DNA of 64,000 nucleotides from Candidatus Marinacidobacterales bacterium (GTDB lineage Bacteria; Acidobacteriota; Vicinamibacteria; Marinacidobacterales; DATDRI01): NCBI GenBank assembly GCA_965226495.1, contig OZ245365.1, positions 185,403 to 249,402 of the forward strand, read 5' to 3'. Shown piece by piece: positions 62,340 to 64,000 of this stretch (position 1 is its first letter; each line of letters starts with the position of its first letter). The notes under the pieces were generated by a model. It saw only the letters and a program-made list of their open reading frames with translations, ran no database searches and was not told where the DNA came from. The position numbers and the translations under genes were made by a program.

Positions 62340-62806
62340 CTTGGCCCTCCGGTACTCGCTCTGTCGTACTCGAGCTTCCGCAGAAAAACTAGTGGCGCTC
62401 CTAGTCGAAGGAGCGCACGTAGAATCTGTGCGCAAGTTTTATTGAGAAGAAAAAAGTTGTATGAACATTTATAACACGTCGTGATCGCGAATGCAAAAAC
62501 GTAGTCCATCTGAGAGCCACCGCAGAATCGCCTCTAACCACAAAGAAAGAGGAAACTCTTTCAATTCCGTCCATTGGGCTCGAGGGGGGGTGACGCGAGG
62601 TTGCGAGTTTGATGGGAATTCCCTATGGCGTGTGGTCTTAACCCTACAGGGATGAGTGACCGATCGGCTCTCCAATCCTCGGGGGTGACGGCCTAATGCC
62701 CTTCTTCTCAGTTGTTTACCTTTCGCGTATACGGTAGACCTTCGCGGGCACAATTCTTGAACGTAGGAATTTGGCAACGTGTTTTCGTTTTCAGCCTGGA
62801 TCGAAC

Positions 62807-64000
62807 ATGGATACCCAATACGCAAGACAGTCTGGCCCTTGGCGTGCGCATCCCAGTCTAGATCTGCGCGACTACCTGAACGTCGTTCTTAAACGGCGTT
62901 TCCTGGTCGGTGTGGTGGCGCTCGCGGTCCTTGCCGTGAGCATCGTCGATACGTTGCTCGAAACGCCGGCTTACCGCGCGTCCGCCCTGATTCAAATCGA
63001 CTGGGTAAAGATCAATCTGGTTCAAGACGTGATTGTCGAGGATGTGGGGGCAGCGCTCGGAGTGCTTTTCGCGACCGAGGAAAGGATCATGCAGAGCCGG
63101 CCGCTTGCGGAGCAAGTCGTAGAAGCGCTCCGGCTTTGGGAGCACCCGGTCTTCGGCTCGGCGAAAGATCCCCCGTCGCCGGCCGAGCACGAAAAGCTGG
63201 TCAAGCGCACCGCTGCTGCAATGTTGTCGATGATGCGGATCGCTCACGTGATGGATACGCAGTTGTTCGAAGTGACCTTTCAGACGCCGGACGCCGAGCT
63301 CTCCGCGAAGCTAGCCAATACTCTCGTTAGTCAGTATGTCGTGTTCAGTTCGGAGGCGGACTCCGGGATAGCCAGAAATACGCTGAGCTTTATTCGGGAG
63401 AAGATCGAGGAACTGCAGCGGGGTATTCTGAAAAAGGAACGGCTTCTTCGCGATTTCGACAAAGGGAGACAACTAGTAGCGGCGGACACCGGTGATCGGA
63501 CGGCCGTAGCTGAGAGGCTGGCGGAGCATCATCGCCAGCTCGCGCAGGCGGAGGCCGAACGTGCATCCGCAGAAGCCCAGTATCTGAGTCTCAAGAGGGC
63601 ACGCCCGGAGGATTTGTCTGGAATTCAAGCGAACGGTCGCTATCGGAGCCTCCAGGACAAGCAGGCGACGCTACGGGAGCAGTACGCCGAGATGGGCTCC
63701 AAGTTCAAACCAGAGTGGCCAGAGATGCAACGACTCGCTGCCAAGATCGAGGAAGTGCAGCAAAGTCTGGAATCGGTGCTTGCAGAAGAAGCCGACAAGG
63801 GGATCGCCGTTGCGCGGGTAGCATACGGAACCGCGGTAGAGAGGGAGCGGCTCCTTCGAGAGGCGCTTCGGAAACAATCGGAGCAAGCACGAGAGGTCGT
63901 CGCCGCAACGGTGGACTACGATCAGGCGAGAAGCGAGCTAAATAACGATCGAGAGATTCTACAGGGGCTCTTGCGGCGAGCGACCGAAACCGGGTTGAGC
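62807..64000 (+). CDS. Wzz/GumC-family polysaccharide co-polymerase (chain-length determinant), N-terminal 398 codons; runs off the window end
   Basis: Absent from the ORF track because it is open at the window edge. My translation from the ATG at 62807 is MDTQYARQSGPWRAHPSLDLRDYLNVVLKRRFLVGVVALAVLAVSIVDTLLETPAYRASALIQID...MDTQLFEVTFQTPDAELSAKLANTLVSQYV.... This is a Wzz-domain pattern followed by a long coiled coil. Confidence 0.8.
   Translation, partial: MDTQYARQSGPWRAHPSLDLRDYLNVVLKRRFLVGVVALAVLAVSIVDTLLETPAYRASALIQIDWVKINLVQDVIVEDVGAALGVLFATEERIMQSRPLAEQVVEALRLWEHPVFGSAKDPPSPAEHEKLVKRTAAAMLSMMRIAHVMDTQLFEVTFQTPDAELSAKLANTLVSQYVVFSSEADSGIARNTLSFIREKIEELQRGILKKERLLRDFDKGRQLVAADTGDRTAVAERLAEHHRQLAQAEAERASAEAQYLSLKRARPEDLSGIQANGRYRSLQDKQATLREQYAEMGSKFKPEWPEMQRLAAKIEEVQQSLESVLAEEADKGIAVARVAYGTAVERERLLREALRKQSEQAREVVAATVDYDQARSELNNDREILQGLLRRATETGLS

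Noticed and set aside
61057-62445. A 462-aa plus-strand ORF spanning the 5' end of giant gene 2, its leader and the small peptide gene.
   Set aside because: It is antisense to a signal-peptide-bearing start, a conserved leader and an RBS-preceded small ORF. Its composition is Arg-rich nonsense.
62771-62786. TGGCAA-cgtgt-TTTCG just upstream of the Wzz gene, as a possible sigma-54 promoter.
   Set aside because: The -12 GC dinucleotide is not conserved (TTTC instead of TTGC). The element would also leave only ~10 nt of leader with no RBS before the ATG at 62807.

Overview
High-GC bacterial chromosomal window with dense coding and no rRNA, CRISPR array, transposase or integrase. I cannot assign a taxon from sequence alone. 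The window divides into five parts. (1) 1-1446: the 5' part of a LigD-like NHEJ gene, absent from the ORF track because it is open at the window edge. (2) 1.5-15.7 kb: one long minus-strand operon for a T2SS/T4P-hybrid export machine. It encodes a GspE/PilB ATPase, a GspF/PilC platform protein, PilM/N/O/P-like proteins, two GspG-like pseudopilins, a TPR-secretin with an extra C-terminal beta-sandwich, a Big/IPT protein, a lytic transglycosylase and a GT4 glycosyltransferase. (3) 15.9-37.3 kb: housekeeping and miscellaneous genes, namely smpB, an Sm-like protein, holB, tmk, two SDRs, a Ser/Thr kinase fused to a PD40 propeller, an HNH protein, a cNMP-binding protein, a bacilliredoxin, an M23 peptidase, a PHP phosphoesterase, tRNA-Val, a DUF5916-like protein, a head-to-head pair of 5'-truncated genes and an ATP-grasp ligase. 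(4) 37.4-62.0 kb: the standout feature, two tandem giant minus-strand genes (4,476 and 3,166 codons). Both are modular beta-helix proteins that end in a gingipain-like C25 peptidase region. They share a roughly 3 kb, approximately 93-97%-identical (by eye) 3' tract and homologous upstream leaders. The only reading-frame lesions in either gene (two 1-nt indels and one 38-nt duplication) all fall inside the C25 catalytic domain. (5) 62.1-64.0 kb: a small Cys/Ser/Thr-rich ORF with a strong RBS, then the start of a Wzz/GumC-type polysaccharide co-polymerase gene that is open at the window end. All family assignments rest on motifs I read in the translations. No database search was run.
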